From contig CAVQFA010000003.1 in the NCBI GenBank assembly GCA_963711735.1, forward strand, positions 18,971 through 82,970: DNA of 64,000 bases, in the 5' to 3' direction. The notes beneath the pieces were generated by a model, which made no database searches, was not told where the DNA came from, and worked only from the letters and a program-made list of their open reading frames with translations. This DNA is from Candidatus Gottesmanbacteria bacterium (GTDB lineage: Bacteria > Patescibacteriota > Microgenomatia > UBA10105 > UBA927). This document shows, one piece after another, positions 1-10,280 of this stretch; position 1 is the stretch's first letter; each line of letters begins with the position of its first letter. The position numbers were made by a program, and so were the translations under genes.

Positions 1-117
1 GACAATAAACGTCGTCACGCTCATAGCCAGAAGCACAAGCGGCAGGATAGCTACCTGGATAAAACCGTATGTACGGCGAACATTTTTTTTCGAAGAATCT
101 GATACAAAGTTAATCAT
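1..117 (-). CDS. hypothetical membrane protein, 5' end only (continues beyond the window start)
   Basis: ATG at 117..115 opens a frame that stays open to position 1; the N-terminus MINFVSDSSKKNVRRTYGFIQVAILPLVLLAMSV carries a TM helix; the start overlaps the upstream stop by 4 nt (ATGA). Confidence 0.35.
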   Translation of the reverse strand, partial: MINFVSDSSKKNVRRTYGFIQVAILPLVLLAMSVTTFIV

Positions 118-419
118 ACGATATTAATAATGATATTTACCGGATCAAAATTTGTACGGATTGCGGGAAACTCAACATTCCCCATACCATTCTCACTCCG
201 AATCCAAACTGCAATTTTTTCTGTTGATGGCGGAACAAATGACAGCGTTGTCTGTGACTTTTCGGTGTATGAAATCAGTTCAAACCCGAGGGGTGGTGGA
301 GTCGTGAGGAATACCTGCCGGATAAGAATAAAAAGTATACTACCAATACATACTATTCCTATACATGCGGGTAGGATAATGAAAAGTAAATAATTTCGGG
401 TACCAGGTTTGAAATACAC
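114..419 (-). CDS. hypothetical small membrane protein
   Basis: 101-aa ORF with an N-terminal hydrophobic helix; its stop overlaps the next minus-strand start (ATGA coupling); the alternative plus-strand ORF 130..393 looks less protein-like. Confidence 0.3.
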   Translation of the reverse strand: MYFKPGTRNYLLFIILPACIGIVCIGSILFILIRQVFLTTPPPLGFELISYTEKSQTTLSFVPPSTEKIAVWIRSENGMGNVEFPAIRTNFDPVNIIINIV

Positions 420-572
420 GTGTAATCAGGCATCATAAACTTCAACGTTTCCAAACCCACGAAAAACGCCGGAGCGCCTTATTAATATAATAATGAATAT
501 AAGGACTATGGTTTGTCAATGACGTATCTCCCCTCTTGACAAGGTACATCTCTTCCGCGACACTATTTTCAT

Positions 573-812
573 ATGGCAAAAAAGACCCATCGCCGGACAA
601 AACCGGTACACCACAAAGCTCTGTCAGGACATAAAAGAGTCCGGACGTATGATGCAGACGGTGATACGGTCGTCATGGTCCGCGGGTGGATGTTTGTCGT
701 TGCATTTGCACTCATGCTTGGCATAGGTGCAATCGTCGGCACATTCACAAACCGCATCATGAACGAATCGCAACCGACTGTTGCCGGTGTACAGACAGAA
801 ATCATCCGATAA
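573..812 (+). CDS. hypothetical small membrane protein (basic N-terminus, one TM helix)
   Basis: 79-aa ORF followed by a rho-independent terminator. Confidence 0.4.
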   Translation: MAKKTHRRTKPVHHKALSGHKRVRTYDADGDTVVMVRGWMFVVAFALMLGIGAIVGTFTNRIMNESQPTVAGVQTEIIR

Positions 813-834
813 TCAGGTGTTTCAAATGTACTTA

Positions 835-869
835 AAAAGAAGCCTTTTTTATGTGGCTTCTTTTTTATT
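835..869 (+). terminator. rho-independent terminator (stem aaaaagaagcc/ggcttcttttt, loop ttttttatgt, T-run)
   Basis: inverted repeat followed by T6 directly after the 573..812 ORF. Confidence 0.55.
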
Positions 870-992
870 GGGATGAATATCGGAGTGAGAGTACCGATCG
901 TTGCTCATGATATAATACGCGTTGCAGGATTTGTGGATACGGAAGGACCTTTACTCATCAGGTAGAGTGCTGCATTTTATTAAAAAAGAAAT

Positions 993-1065
993 GGGCCCGT
1001 AGCTCATCTGGTAGAGCGCTGCATTCGCATTGCAGAGGTGGAGAGTTCGAGTCTCTTCGGGTCCA
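993..1065 (+). tRNA. tRNA-Ala (anticodon CGC)
   Basis: cloverleaf with acceptor GGGCCCG/CGGGTCC including the G3:U70 Ala identity pair; anticodon loop TTCGCAT; T-loop GTTCGAGT; no encoded CCA. Confidence 0.85.
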
Positions 1066-1095
1066 CAAATATATAAAGAAGTGAATTAGAAAACG

Positions 1096-1166
1096 GGGCC
1101 CGTAGTATACCGGTAGAACGACTCCATGGCATGGAGTAGAAAGGGGTTCAATTCCCCTCGGGTCCA
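1096..1166 (+). tRNA. tRNA-Ala (anticodon GGC)
   Basis: acceptor GGGCCCG/CGGGTCC with G3:U70; anticodon stem ACTCC/GGAGT with loop ATGGCAT; T-arm AGGGG-TTCAATT-CCCCT. Confidence 0.8.
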
Positions 1167-1276
1167 CAAATGGTATTATAATAAAGTATATAAAAATAGA
1201 TCAGAAGATATACTATCGAAGTAATTGTTAAAGCATCAATATATATAATATTGTATCAATACATTACACATCCTTC

Positions 1277-2392
1277 TTACTTGAGAAACGGCAACGGATT
1301 TACAGTCACCCCATTTACCCGTACTTCAAAATGAAGGTGTGTACCCGTTGACCTACCTGTTGATCCCATCCTGCCGATTATCTGACCACGCGATATGACA
1401 TCTCCCGGTTTCACGTATATTTCTGAAAGGTGGCCGTAAAGTGTCGCGTATCCGCCGCCATGGTCGATAATAATGTGCTGGCCATATCCATACCGGAGAT
1501 ATTCTACAAGCCTCACGGTGCCTGCCTCAGCTGCAGCAATTCCGGGAGCGGATGCATTAGCGATATCAAGCGCATTATGGTACCAGATCGGATACTGAGT
1601 AATCAGACCCCCTGCCGGCCACAGATATTGTCCGGATCCGCCTGCTGAAATGGGCGGACTTATCGGACCGGATGCAAACGGCGTAACAACTTCTGCCATA
1701 AGACCGTCAGGAACGATGATAGACTGGCCGACGGCAAGCGCAAATGTATCCAGATCCGTAAAGTCGTTGAATGGAAAGTTGACGATCTTCTGGGCATCAG
1801 TTCTGTATTTTTTGGCTATGGAATAAACCGTATCCCCTTCCCGCACTTTGTGAACAACCCCTGTCACCGGCGGTATCTTGAGTTCGTCACCGATGGAGAG
1901 AGATTCTCCCCGTATGGAATTTGCCCATTTGACTGTATCCACGGAAACACCGAATTTTTCAGCTATACCAGAGAGCGTATCTCCGGGTGCAACAGTATAA
2001 GAAACGACCTGATCACGGGGTTTTTTGGATACCTGGGTTTCTATGCCGTATTCTGAGTTTTCAAGGGACGTGACGACGGCTGAAGGCGGAGCAAGTCCCG
2101 CTGTCTCCTCATCGCGGTTTCCCGCTAAGATAGGTGCGCTCATAACCCCTACGATAAAAAGCATACCGAGAGAAAAATGCAAAAACGGACGCTGGTAACT
2201 CCCCCGACGCGCCATGAGAATATCGACAAGCAGGTCTTTCTGCGACTCAAATTGCACCCCGAAGCGCCGGAGTTTTTTTTCGGAATATATGTACCATCCC
2301 CTGCTCCAAAGTTTCAAATCATCAACCGTACGTTCAAACGCTTTACGCATATGTAGTGGGGGTAGAATACCACATACATCCATGAGGTGCAA
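1277..2392 (-). CDS. LysM-domain M23 family metallopeptidase (membrane-anchored)
   Basis: two LysM repeats (YTVAPGDTLSGIAEKFGVSVDTV and HKVREGDTVYSIAKKY) and a C-terminal M23 signature (HxxxD ... GSTGRSTGTHLHFEV). Confidence 0.75.
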   Translation of the reverse strand: MHLMDVCGILPPLHMRKAFERTVDDLKLWSRGWYIYSEKKLRRFGVQFESQKDLLVDILMARRGSYQRPFLHFSLGMLFIVGVMSAPILAGNRDEETAGLAPPSAVVTSLENSEYGIETQVSKKPRDQVVSYTVAPGDTLSGIAEKFGVSVDTVKWANSIRGESLSIGDELKIPPVTGVVHKVREGDTVYSIAKKYRTDAQKIVNFPFNDFTDLDTFALAVGQSIIVPDGLMAEVVTPFASGPISPPISAGGSGQYLWPAGGLITQYPIWYHNALDIANASAPGIAAAEAGTVRLVEYLRYGYGQHIIIDHGGGYATLYGHLSEIYVKPGDVISRGQIIGRMGSTGRSTGTHLHFEVRVNGVTVNPLPFLK

Positions 2393-2438
2393 AAAGGAAG
2401 CTTATAGTATGTAAATGCAGGCAAAAACGGGTCTGTTA

Positions 2439-4121
2439 TTATCCCCCCTGCGACAAAGCATCTAAGAATTCAGCGTTTGTTTTCGTTTTGGATAACCGTT
2501 CAATCATCATCATGGTGCGCTCCTCACCTGATAAAAGAGACAACATATGCCGTAGGGTTGTCACTTTCTTCATCGGTTCTTCCCCAAGGAGTAGTTCATC
2601 ATGCCGGGTGCCGGATTTCTCTATATCAATTGCGGGGAAAATCCTCCGTTCCTGCAGAGTCCGTGACAAGTGAAGCTCCAGATTGCCGGTTCCCTTAAAT
2701 TCTTCGTATATAAGGTCATCCATGCGGCTTCCGGTATCCACAAGGGCGGTTCCGATCACGGTAAGCGACCCTCCTTCTGTGTAACTTTTTGGCTTGGGAA
2801 GCGCTTCTTTCGTTACTTTCTCCTCAATCTCTTTTGTTTCCTCCCCGGCGGAAGGAGGTATGGGTACAACCGGCACGTTTCCGGACCGGACTTTTATCAG
2901 ATACTCCGATACTTCCACACACCTCGCTGCGCCAAGGAATTTCTTTGCCGGATAAAGGGCAGCCGGATCAAATCCTCCGGATAACGTTCTTCCTGACGGG
3001 TTGACAACGAGATTGTACGCCCGTGCCAGCCGTGTGATGGAATCCAGAAGTATGACAACGTCTTTCCCCGCTTCCACCAACCGCTTCGCACGGTCAAGTG
3101 CTACTTCCGCAATCCGGGTTTGTTCACCGGGAGATTCATCAAAGTTCGATGCAAGCACTTCGCCTTTGACACTCCGCATAATGTCAGTTACTTCTTCCGG
3201 TCTTTCTCCGATGAGAGCTGCCATGAGATGGACATCAGGGTAATTGGCGGAGATTCCTGCGGCCAATTCTTTCAAAACCGTGGTTTTCCCTGCTTTTGGC
3301 GGAGAAACGACGAGTCCTCGCTGCCCGAATCCGATAGGTGCAACGAGATCAATAATTCTTGTAGATAAGGGCATTTGTCCGGTTTCAAGAACGATTTGTT
3401 TGTTGGGATATACGGGAACAAGATCTTCAAACTTCGGCCTCGTACCTATGGATTCTGCCGGATAATCGTTGACTTTCTCTACTTTGAGAAGTCCCCAATA
3501 CCGTTCATTTTCCTTTGGCTGCCGTGCCTGACCTTCGACCATATCACCGTTCCGCAGAAGAAACCGCCGGATTTGGGATTGGGAGATATACACATCACGG
3601 TCGCTCGGTGTAAATTTCGGACGCAAAAATCCATGACCTTCCGGCATTGTATCGAGAATCCCGTGAACTGTTTCCGTCGGGACATTGATGTCTTGTGTAA
3701 ATCCGTTGTTCATATCCGTATTTCCTCTCCCGTATTGAGGGTAGTCTCTCCTTCCGGGTCTTCTCATACCGTATCGCCCGCCCCCTCCTCCGCTCATCCT
3801 GAACGGTACCGGTGTCTGATCCAGCCGGGGTGTCGGGTATTGTGTCTGTGGTGCAGGCGGAGGGATAACCGGTGACATCTGTGCCGGTTGCTCAATCACA
3901 GGACTTTCAATTTTCTGTGCCTCTTTTATAGGTGGCGCCTCAACACGTTCCCTTGGTTGAGACGGTTGCGCCGAAGGGCCACCGACGAGATCATCGATGG
4001 AAAGCTCGGGTGAAACTATCGGTATATGCTCTTCTGCTGATTTTTTTTCGGTAGTTTTTACATGGGTGGGCGGTGTTTTTTTCGTGGGTTGTGTTTTTTT
4101 GGAATTGGCGCGGAATGCCAT
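2439..4121 (-). CDS. rho: transcription termination factor Rho with a ~140-aa Pro/Gly/Arg-rich N-terminal extension
   Basis: the RNA-binding OB region and the ATPase core ([19 protein letters not shown]) are readily recognisable; N-terminal low-complexity region ([23 protein letters not shown]). Confidence 0.9.
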   Translation of the reverse strand: MAFRANSKKTQPTKKTPPTHVKTTEKKSAEEHIPIVSPELSIDDLVGGPSAQPSQPRERVEAPPIKEAQKIESPVIEQPAQMSPVIPPPAPQTQYPTPRLDQTPVPFRMSGGGGGRYGMRRPGRRDYPQYGRGNTDMNNGFTQDINVPTETVHGILDTMPEGHGFLRPKFTPSDRDVYISQSQIRRFLLRNGDMVEGQARQPKENERYWGLLKVEKVNDYPAESIGTRPKFEDLVPVYPNKQIVLETGQMPLSTRIIDLVAPIGFGQRGLVVSPPKAGKTTVLKELAAGISANYPDVHLMAALIGERPEEVTDIMRSVKGEVLASNFDESPGEQTRIAEVALDRAKRLVEAGKDVVILLDSITRLARAYNLVVNPSGRTLSGGFDPAALYPAKKFLGAARCVEVSEYLIKVRSGNVPVVPIPPSAGEETKEIEEKVTKEALPKPKSYTEGGSLTVIGTALVDTGSRMDDLIYEEFKGTGNLELHLSRTLQERRIFPAIDIEKSGTRHDELLLGEEPMKKVTTLRHMLSLLSGEERTMMMIERLSKTKTNAEFLDALSQGG

Positions 4122-4341
4122 ACGTAGTCCTCCTTACGGTTTAGGTTAATTAATACGGTTTGATAGGTAAATATTTATAAAGCGGATAAAGCATGAATAC
4201 ATGTCGTATGGCAAATAAATACCTTTATTTGATACAGAACACGTACTGATGCGCATCTAGGGAATCATGGAATTTCTCAAATTCAATACATGAGGAAATC
4301 TTGTTGTAACATGCGTATTACATCATATCCGGGAATGTTTG

Positions 4342-6804
4342 TCAATCAGTTTGCCATATGGAAGTCTCACCATTGGCGTAAATACGTTTCCCTACTCTGT
4401 CAAGCGGTTGTGTATCCAGACGCTGGTATTTCTCCTTTTCCAGGGTCCCGACAAAGATATATTTCACTTTATACTTTGCCACCAGCTCTTTCACCACACG
4501 CACGTCTCCTGATTCATATATCAGTCGTACGTCCTCGCGTCTCGGGGCAACGATATCGTATGTCCCGCGCCACAACCATTCATGCACAGGCCAGCCGATT
4601 ACCGAAGGAAATCCTGTATACGCAGACACCCGTGCGTAATCGGTGTAACTGTCTCCGTCTGCCTCCACTATCACAGGCACATCCCCTCCCGCACTCTTTA
4701 CCCTCTCCTGTAACCATTCGACAGCACGGGCATCATCGGGATACTGTTTTTCAAACCACGTAAGTCCGTCCATGCCCGTATATTCACTCAGGTTGTTGAA
4801 GTACGACCTCACGCTGAAAAACGGATATATGCAAACTAAGAAAAGCTGTGGGATAAGCAGCAGAATAAAAAGCGAGTTCTTCATTCTGGATTTTGTATTG
4901 TTGCTCTGTACATTTTGGATGTTTCGTTGTCCGGCAGCACTTATTTTTGATCGAAACAGTGTTGTGATAATCGAGTATCCGGAAATAATAGAAAATATGA
5001 TAAATGCCTGATACCCGAGCTTAAACATTGTGTTTGAGCGGAAATGTGCCGGATAAATATCTTTAAAGTAGAAAAATTCCGGAAAAATTATGAGAGCAAT
5101 GCAATAAATAAAGAAAACTATCAATACCCATTCATACCGGGTAACGGATATACCCAATCGGAGAACTTTATCCACTTGTATCTTCACAATCGCTAAACGT
5201 ACGGAATATGATCCCTGAGATATCTGGACTATAATTTTCCGCAGGATTAATACAATTCCCGTAAAGATAAAAAATCCCCAGAGAAGCCACATCATCCAGA
5301 AAGGAGATTTCTGACACTTCTCCACCCCTTCAAAAATGAAAAGTCCGAACTTCGTATCTGCTAAAGAAACGGGTGGGCAATTGATCGCAATTCCGTTTAC
5401 AAATGACGAAAAATTAAGAAGAAACGGTGAAACCCATATACCGATAAAACCCAGGGAAAGAAATATGTATATACGCTTTCGTATCCAGTCCCAGGTGTTG
5501 TATATGAGGCCTCTCCAATCATCCAGAACCAATAATATAAGAAATAATCCAAGGTATATCGGCCCGTCAAGAGCATTGGTCATAAAAAGAACCGCAATGA
5601 GAAGTCCGTAGAAAACCGTTATGGGTAATGAACTGTGTATTATCGAACGGATGAAGGGGTATTTGCTGTTTTCCCTACTTTGCAACTCCCCTCTTCTCCC
5701 GCTTCTACCGAACATGACCAAAAGGAGAGCAATTGCCAAAAGCACAAACGGGAGCGAGAGTACGTGTCCGTGGACATCTGATACCACAAATGAGTAACTT
5801 GGAAATTCGTGTATGGTAAACGGGATAAATCGCGTCGCATTGGCATACCAATAGGTTTGCATTCCTTCAGGTAATTTCTGCCAGAAATCCCGGAGAGGCC
5901 AAAGGAGCTCCCAAAACGGCTTGACATCCTCACCCGTATACCCGCGGGTAAACGCGTACAGTGTCTGCATATTGCCGGCCATTGTAACGAGAAACGATGT
6001 CAAAACGGCACCGCCCGCGGATAAAAGGATCGGAAAAATCAGCCATTGCCTCTGAACTGATTGATACCTGCTTTGAATGTTAGGTGTGTGCAAGGTGAAT
6101 GCTGATCGGAGGAGTTGGTACGCAATGCTAAATGACATCGTCGCGGTAAATGCAAAGAGAACCGAAAGCATGAGGTTAAAGGTATATCGAAGATCAATAC
6201 CGGAAAGCCTGGTAAGGAGTGCCATGACGAAGTGCCCGAAATAATAGTAATTGACCGTTCCGCCCGCATACCACATATCCGGCGGCGGAAAGTACCCTAC
6301 ATTGAGTATCGACTTGGTAAACCCGAAGTCCATGAACTTTTCCAGTCCGTGTATGGATGCTTCGTGCCCCTTCACCCATGCCCAAAACAGAAGCGCAGCA
6401 AAAAAAAACGCCTCAGACAGAAAGACTTTTGTAAACTCAGTACCATACCGCTCTATCAGCAAATCCTTCAGATTACGGTTGTTAGTTGCACGTTCATCTT
6501 TTCCGCCACGCATACGCGCCGGGAGGTATTGAAGGAGCATTCCGCATATAAAAACAATCCCGGTTGCTCCTGCTATAGACCAGTAGGAAAACGGAACTAT
6601 GTGGAGACTTGCCCAAAACCAAACGAGAAATCCGATAACAACAAGTCCGACTGCTTTGGTAAACATGTATCCGCGGTCCCACCATGAGGAAAAAAGGTAT
6701 CGTGTCAGAGGGTATGCCGCAGAGCCGATGAGAAACAGGGTCCCCCACCACCGGATTACGAGAAGAAAATCACCGTTTAAAAACATATCCGTCATGAACT
6801 TCAT
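4342..6804 (-). CDS. YYY-domain (DUF2298/chlor_Arch_YYY) polytopic membrane protein, putative GT-C-type glycosyltransferase
   Basis: 820 aa, more than 15 TM segments, signature GTVNYYYFGHF. Confidence 0.7.
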   Translation of the reverse strand: MKFMTDMFLNGDFLLVIRWWGTLFLIGSAAYPLTRYLFSSWWDRGYMFTKAVGLVVIGFLVWFWASLHIVPFSYWSIAGATGIVFICGMLLQYLPARMRGGKDERATNNRNLKDLLIERYGTEFTKVFLSEAFFFAALLFWAWVKGHEASIHGLEKFMDFGFTKSILNVGYFPPPDMWYAGGTVNYYYFGHFVMALLTRLSGIDLRYTFNLMLSVLFAFTATMSFSIAYQLLRSAFTLHTPNIQSRYQSVQRQWLIFPILLSAGGAVLTSFLVTMAGNMQTLYAFTRGYTGEDVKPFWELLWPLRDFWQKLPEGMQTYWYANATRFIPFTIHEFPSYSFVVSDVHGHVLSLPFVLLAIALLLVMFGRSGRRGELQSRENSKYPFIRSIIHSSLPITVFYGLLIAVLFMTNALDGPIYLGLFLILLVLDDWRGLIYNTWDWIRKRIYIFLSLGFIGIWVSPFLLNFSSFVNGIAINCPPVSLADTKFGLFIFEGVEKCQKSPFWMMWLLWGFFIFTGIVLILRKIIVQISQGSYSVRLAIVKIQVDKVLRLGISVTRYEWVLIVFFIYCIALIIFPEFFYFKDIYPAHFRSNTMFKLGYQAFIIFSIISGYSIITTLFRSKISAAGQRNIQNVQSNNTKSRMKNSLFILLLIPQLFLVCIYPFFSVRSYFNNLSEYTGMDGLTWFEKQYPDDARAVEWLQERVKSAGGDVPVIVEADGDSYTDYARVSAYTGFPSVIGWPVHEWLWRGTYDIVAPRREDVRLIYESGDVRVVKELVAKYKVKYIFVGTLEKEKYQRLDTQPLDRVGKRIYANGETSIWQTD

Positions 6805-6842
6805 TATAATCAGTTTGAAACTCTCATGCTACAATCATCGGT

Positions 6843-8562
6843 ATGGAGAAACGAAAAACCGCATTCCATCATGCTTTCATTCTGGATTGCATTGTAGCCT
6901 CATGCGCTCTCATTTTTTCTTTCTTTCTCATGGGGAAAACGTTCGGGTATGACCAAAACAGGCATTTTATAAAAATCGATGCTAAGATCTGGAGCGATTT
7001 CGGGTCACATATTCCGCTCATCCGCTCTTTTTCCATGGGGGATAACGGCACACGGCTTTTACATAATCTTGCACCGGAATATCCCGGGTTCCCGGGAGAG
7101 CCTATCCGTTACCATTTCGGATTCTATTTCCTTTCGGGGCTCATGGAAAAATACGGCGTACGGATTGATTGGGCTGTCAATATCCCAAGCGCACTTGGAC
7201 TCGCACTTCTTATTTTCATGACTTGGAAAATCGCGTATGTCCTTTTTCAAAGCTATTATGTAGGAGTTTTATCCGTCATCTTTCTTCTCCTTAACGGATC
7301 GCTCGGATTTCTCAAATTTTTTCAGAAGTATCCGTTCTCGTGGAACACTTTGTCTGACATGATTCAAAATTACAGGCTTCTGGCTTTTGGTCCGTGGGAC
7401 GGTGGACCTGTAACGGCGTTCTGGAGCCTGAACATCTATACAAATCAGCGTCATCTCGCACTCTCATACGGTATCGCGCTCTCCCTTTTTTATATTCTTC
7501 TGACCAACTCCGCTGACAAACAGAAAGGTATCACTTCGTTGTGGACGCGCATTGTCAGTGTTTCACTTCTTATGTCATTTCTCCTTTTTATTAACCAGGC
7601 AACGGCTCTTGCGCTCCTCCCGTTTCTTGTTTGGTTTTTTCTTGTACGGAATAAAAACAGAATTCTGCTTCTTATATCCGGTATACTTACACTCCCGTGG
7701 TTCTACTATTTAGGAAAAATAGTTGCTCCTGCAGGAGGTATTTCATGGTATCCGGGGTATCTCGCTATACAGCCCCTCACTGTTCAGTCCGTACTCACGT
7801 TCTGGTTTGCCAACCTCGGTTTGCATACAATACTCATACCCGTCGGACTTATTCTGTTACCGAAACGGATTCGGTCAGTGCTCCTCATTCCCCTTATAGT
7901 GCTGTTTCTTGTTCCGAACCTGATCCGTTTTTCACCGGATATGATCAATAATCACAAATTTTTCAATTTCTTCATGATATTCGGGGGAATGCTCTCAGCA
8001 TACACACTCGTCCGTATTGCACGGGAATTTCGAAACGATGATTTTCTCAGCCCGCCGCTCACCGCACGGACTACTTCGGTACCTGTCTTTCGCTTTCTCC
8101 TCTTTGCTCTTAATACTCTGTGCATTTCTTTTAATCCTCTCCGGTATTATCGACTTTTTTGCTGTCATGCGGAATGAACCGGGTGAAATCCCGGATGTAC
8201 CGGTAAACCTGACGGCATCATGGATTGCGGCAAATACACCTCCGGATGCAGTATTTCTCAATAGCTTCTGGTTTTATCACCCCGCAAACCTCGCCGGCCG
8301 GAAAATATTTTCCGGATACCCGTACTTCACATGGTCGTACGGGTACGATAAGGAAAAACGTGAAGTTATAGCACGCGAAATTTATGGAGCATCGACTGTT
8401 CAAAAAGTATGTGAACTCAGCCGAATACATCATATTTCCTATATAGAACTGACACCTAAACCCGAGTATGTCGAACCGAACCGGAATCTTTGGAACTATC
8501 TTCCCGCTGCCTATGCAAATGACACAATTCAGATATATGATGTCAATATGTTATGCCGCTAA
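6843..8562 (+). pseudogene. polytopic membrane protein with a C-terminal extracytoplasmic domain (putative GT-C glycosyltransferase), split into two frames (6843..8177 and 8017..8562)
   Basis: the two ORFs overlap by 160 nt in different frames; the second begins with a clean TM helix followed by a ~140-aa soluble domain; a T6 run lies at 8154-8159 inside the overlap. Confidence 0.5.
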
Positions 8563-8565
8563 AAC

Positions 8566-10269
8566 ATGAATAAAGTGCAGTGGATTATATTTATAGCGAT
8601 TTTTTCTCTCGGAGCATATTTCCGGTTTGTGGGCAATAACTGGGACGACGGGCAACATCTCCATCCGGACGAACGGTTTCTCACAATGGTTGCCACATCC
8701 ATGAAATGGCCTTTGTCCATACAACAATTCTTCAACACGGATACCTCAACTCTCAATCCGCATAACGTAGGACATGGATTTTATGTCTACGGTACAATGC
8801 CGGTCATTCTCGTGAAAGCAATTGCCGAAGGCATCGGTAAAGGCGGGTATAATAACCTCAATCTTGTCGGGCGTGCAGTATCGGGAGTATTTGATTTAGG
8901 TACTCTTCTGTTAGTTTTTGGAATAACGCATATAGTCTCCCAATCGATTTCCGTCTCGCTTTTTGCCATGTTCCTTTATGCATCTGCTGTTTTACCTATT
9001 CAGCTGTCGCACTTTTATACGACGGATCCGGCTCTCGTATTTTTCTCAACAGCTTCCGTATATCTCATGCTGAAGAAACGGTTTGGTGTTTTGCTGGGTT
9101 CATTTCTGGGGCTTGCCGTCGCCTCAAAAATATCAGCAGTGCTTCTTTTTCCTGTCATGTGTCTTTCCGTATTGTTTTTTGTACTGAAACAGAAAGGAAA
9201 AGGTGCGTCCCGGATCATTCTTACATTAATACTGATGTGCATTTCTTTTATTGTTGTCGTACGTGTTGCATATCCATACGCATTTACACACTATTTCGGG
9301 ATCAATCCGAAAATTATTGCGAACTTTCGTGAACTGAAAGGTTTTGATAGTCCGGAAGGGTTTTTCCCTCCAAGTGTTCAATGGATCACCACAAAGCCTA
9401 TATTCTACCCTCTATGGCAACTCATCTGGTATGGAATGGGATTGCCGTTAGCGCTTTTTGCGTGCGCTGCACTTCCGTTTGCACTTCGGATAAAGCACAA
9501 ACGGATGATATGGATTCTTATTGTATACACGGCTTCTATATTCATTTATCAGGGTATCCAATATTCCAAACCGTTACGGTATTTCTACCCGATGATTCCT
9601 ATGTTATTGGTAATGACAGCCATAGGATCCGGATATATCGCGAATTTTTTCAGAACTTTTAAACACTATATTCTTTTTATGAGTATCTGCGTTCTCATTG
9701 TGTACCCTATTGCATTTACGGGTATCTACACCCGGACACATTCACGGATATCAGCATCCGGGTGGATATACCGTAATATTCCGGCAGGTTCAATAATATC
9801 CGGAGAATCATGGGATGATTATCTCCCCGTATCGCTTGATGAAACGAGACGAAGTAATCTTTATACCATAGAAACGATAGATATTGTCGGCCCTGATACT
9901 CCGGAAAAGTGGGAGAAAATAACAAAAACGCTTGCGCGTGTAGAGTACGTTATCCTTTCATCAAACAGGGCATATGGCTCCATGCTCACTGTTCCGGAAA
10001 GATATCCGATAACGTCCGGCTATTATTCCGGTCTCTTTGACGGAACGCTTGGTTTTACAAAAGTTGCAGAATTTACATCACGCCCGAATATACCAATCCC
10101 CGGTATTCACCTCTGTATAACTCCCCCACTGGCAACCTATGGTGAAATAGCAAAACGTATCGGGGAATGTACGCTCCCCGGTATAAGTTATGTAGATGAT
10201 TATGCAGATGAAATATGGACTGTCTACGACCATCCGAAGGTGATCATATTTAAAAAATCCGGAAAATAA
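8566..10269 (+). CDS. GT-C family membrane glycosyltransferase (PMT/ArnT-like, GT39/GT83-like)
   Basis: 567 aa, multi-TM, acidic motif HPDERF in the first extracytoplasmic loop (DE-motif analogue) and a C-terminal soluble domain. Confidence 0.55.
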   Translation: MNKVQWIIFIAIFSLGAYFRFVGNNWDDGQHLHPDERFLTMVATSMKWPLSIQQFFNTDTSTLNPHNVGHGFYVYGTMPVILVKAIAEGIGKGGYNNLNLVGRAVSGVFDLGTLLLVFGITHIVSQSISVSLFAMFLYASAVLPIQLSHFYTTDPALVFFSTASVYLMLKKRFGVLLGSFLGLAVASKISAVLLFPVMCLSVLFFVLKQKGKGASRIILTLILMCISFIVVVRVAYPYAFTHYFGINPKIIANFRELKGFDSPEGFFPPSVQWITTKPIFYPLWQLIWYGMGLPLALFACAALPFALRIKHKRMIWILIVYTASIFIYQGIQYSKPLRYFYPMIPMLLVMTAIGSGYIANFFRTFKHYILFMSICVLIVYPIAFTGIYTRTHSRISASGWIYRNIPAGSIISGESWDDYLPVSLDETRRSNLYTIETIDIVGPDTPEKWEKITKTLARVEYVILSSNRAYGSMLTVPERYPITSGYYSGLFDGTLGFTKVAEFTSRPNIPIPGIHLCITPPLATYGEIAKRIGECTLPGISYVDDYADEIWTVYDHPKVIIFKKSGK

Positions 10270-10280
10270 ACAGGCCTGAT

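Noticed and set aside
130-393. 87-aa plus-strand ORF at the window start
   Set aside because: The overlapping minus-strand ORF has a TM helix and ATGA coupling to the next gene; the plus ORF is Gly/Arg-rich with no protein-like pattern.
958-1167. 69-aa minus-strand ORF
   Set aside because: It lies entirely over the two tRNA-Ala genes; its amino-acid sequence simply reflects tRNA structure.
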